From NCBI GenBank assembly GCA_964035545.1, contig OZ037769.1:17266633-17330632 (forward strand): DNA of 64,000 bases, read 5' to 3'. Shown piece after piece: positions 63,490-64,000 of the stretch. Origin of the DNA: Bugula neritina. Its lineage: Eukaryota > Animalia > Bryozoa. Positions within the stretch are counted from its first letter, which is position 1. Every line of letters starts with the position of its first letter. Made by a program: the position numbers and the translations under genes. Under the pieces are notes generated by a model. The model was not told the origin of the DNA, did not search any database, and saw only the letters and a program-made list of their open reading frames with translations.

Positions 63490-64000
63490 CTCTGGTTCTC
63501 TTGCCTGGAATGATTCGTAAGCCTTACCCTCTTGGAAGTGCTTGACTACAACGCTGTGATTGTGTAAATGCTCGACAGCTCATCTTCCTTGTCCGCTACC
63601 ACAGCTAGCGCTACTCTCTCTATAGCTAGCCAATTGTATGTGACGTACTGTTATAATGATTATGTCTGTCATTGTTATATATATATATATCTGTCTGTAT
63701 TTTTATGTTTTGGTCTACTGATATTATGTGCGCTGATTTTAAAATTTTTGTATCAGAAAGAGGGCTTTCTGCTGGTGGGGGCGGTGTGGTGGCTCGCGGA
63801 GCTACCAGCAGCGTAATAACGGGGAAATGTTATTTCCCCCACGAGTGCAGCACGGGGTCATTGAGATGACCCGGAACAGCAGACAACCAATCGGCGTGAC
63901 TGACAGTTTTGGTAGTCGTAATTTCCCGCTGTTTAGTTAGTAGAGTTTAGACTGGTGAACTGTATAGACCGTATCAATTAGCTGAATGTATTTGTGTTAC

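Larger units (their letters stand above)
56591..64000 (+). mobile_element. Ty3/Gypsy LTR retrotransposon, near full length and decayed; 3' LTR cut by the window edge
   Basis: 5' LTR 56591-56938 (TG..CA); 3' LTR starts at 63785 with 7 differences over the 216 bp visible; PBS present; G-rich tract before the 3' LTR; domain order gag-PR-RT-RNaseH-integrase. Confidence 0.96.

Overview
Gene-dense, AT-rich eukaryotic DNA from an invertebrate animal: spliceosomal GT-AG introns, many intronic minisatellites, no prokaryotic features. Manual splicing gives, left to right: MED1 (-, runs off the left edge), PYM1 (+), an uncharacterised protein with several SUMO-interacting-like motifs (-), a PTB/PID adaptor (-), an intronless membrane-anchored reprolysin/ADAMTS-like metalloprotease (-), LTO1/ORAOV1 (-), HIBADH (+), an uncharacterised ORF (+), a GPI-anchored two-domain Ly6/uPAR protein (-), a large LRR-Roc-COR-caspase gene (+), a partial EF-hand-like gene (-), and a decayed Ty3/Gypsy LTR retrotransposon. 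The standout is the gene at 39564-52675. Its 19 coding exons splice in frame into about 1560 aa: a putative myristoylation motif, nine near-identical 144-bp phase-2/2 LRR cassette exons that vary almost only at concave-face residues and include chimeric copies, a Roc GTPase-COR module, and a directly fused caspase domain with a remodelled S1 pocket (EVCSG instead of QACRG). This looks like a diversifying one-chain sensor-switch-protease innate immune receptor. A second copy of its 5' region at 55657-56587 is interrupted by the Gypsy element. All gene models are hand-spliced and unverified by transcripts, and no database searches were run.
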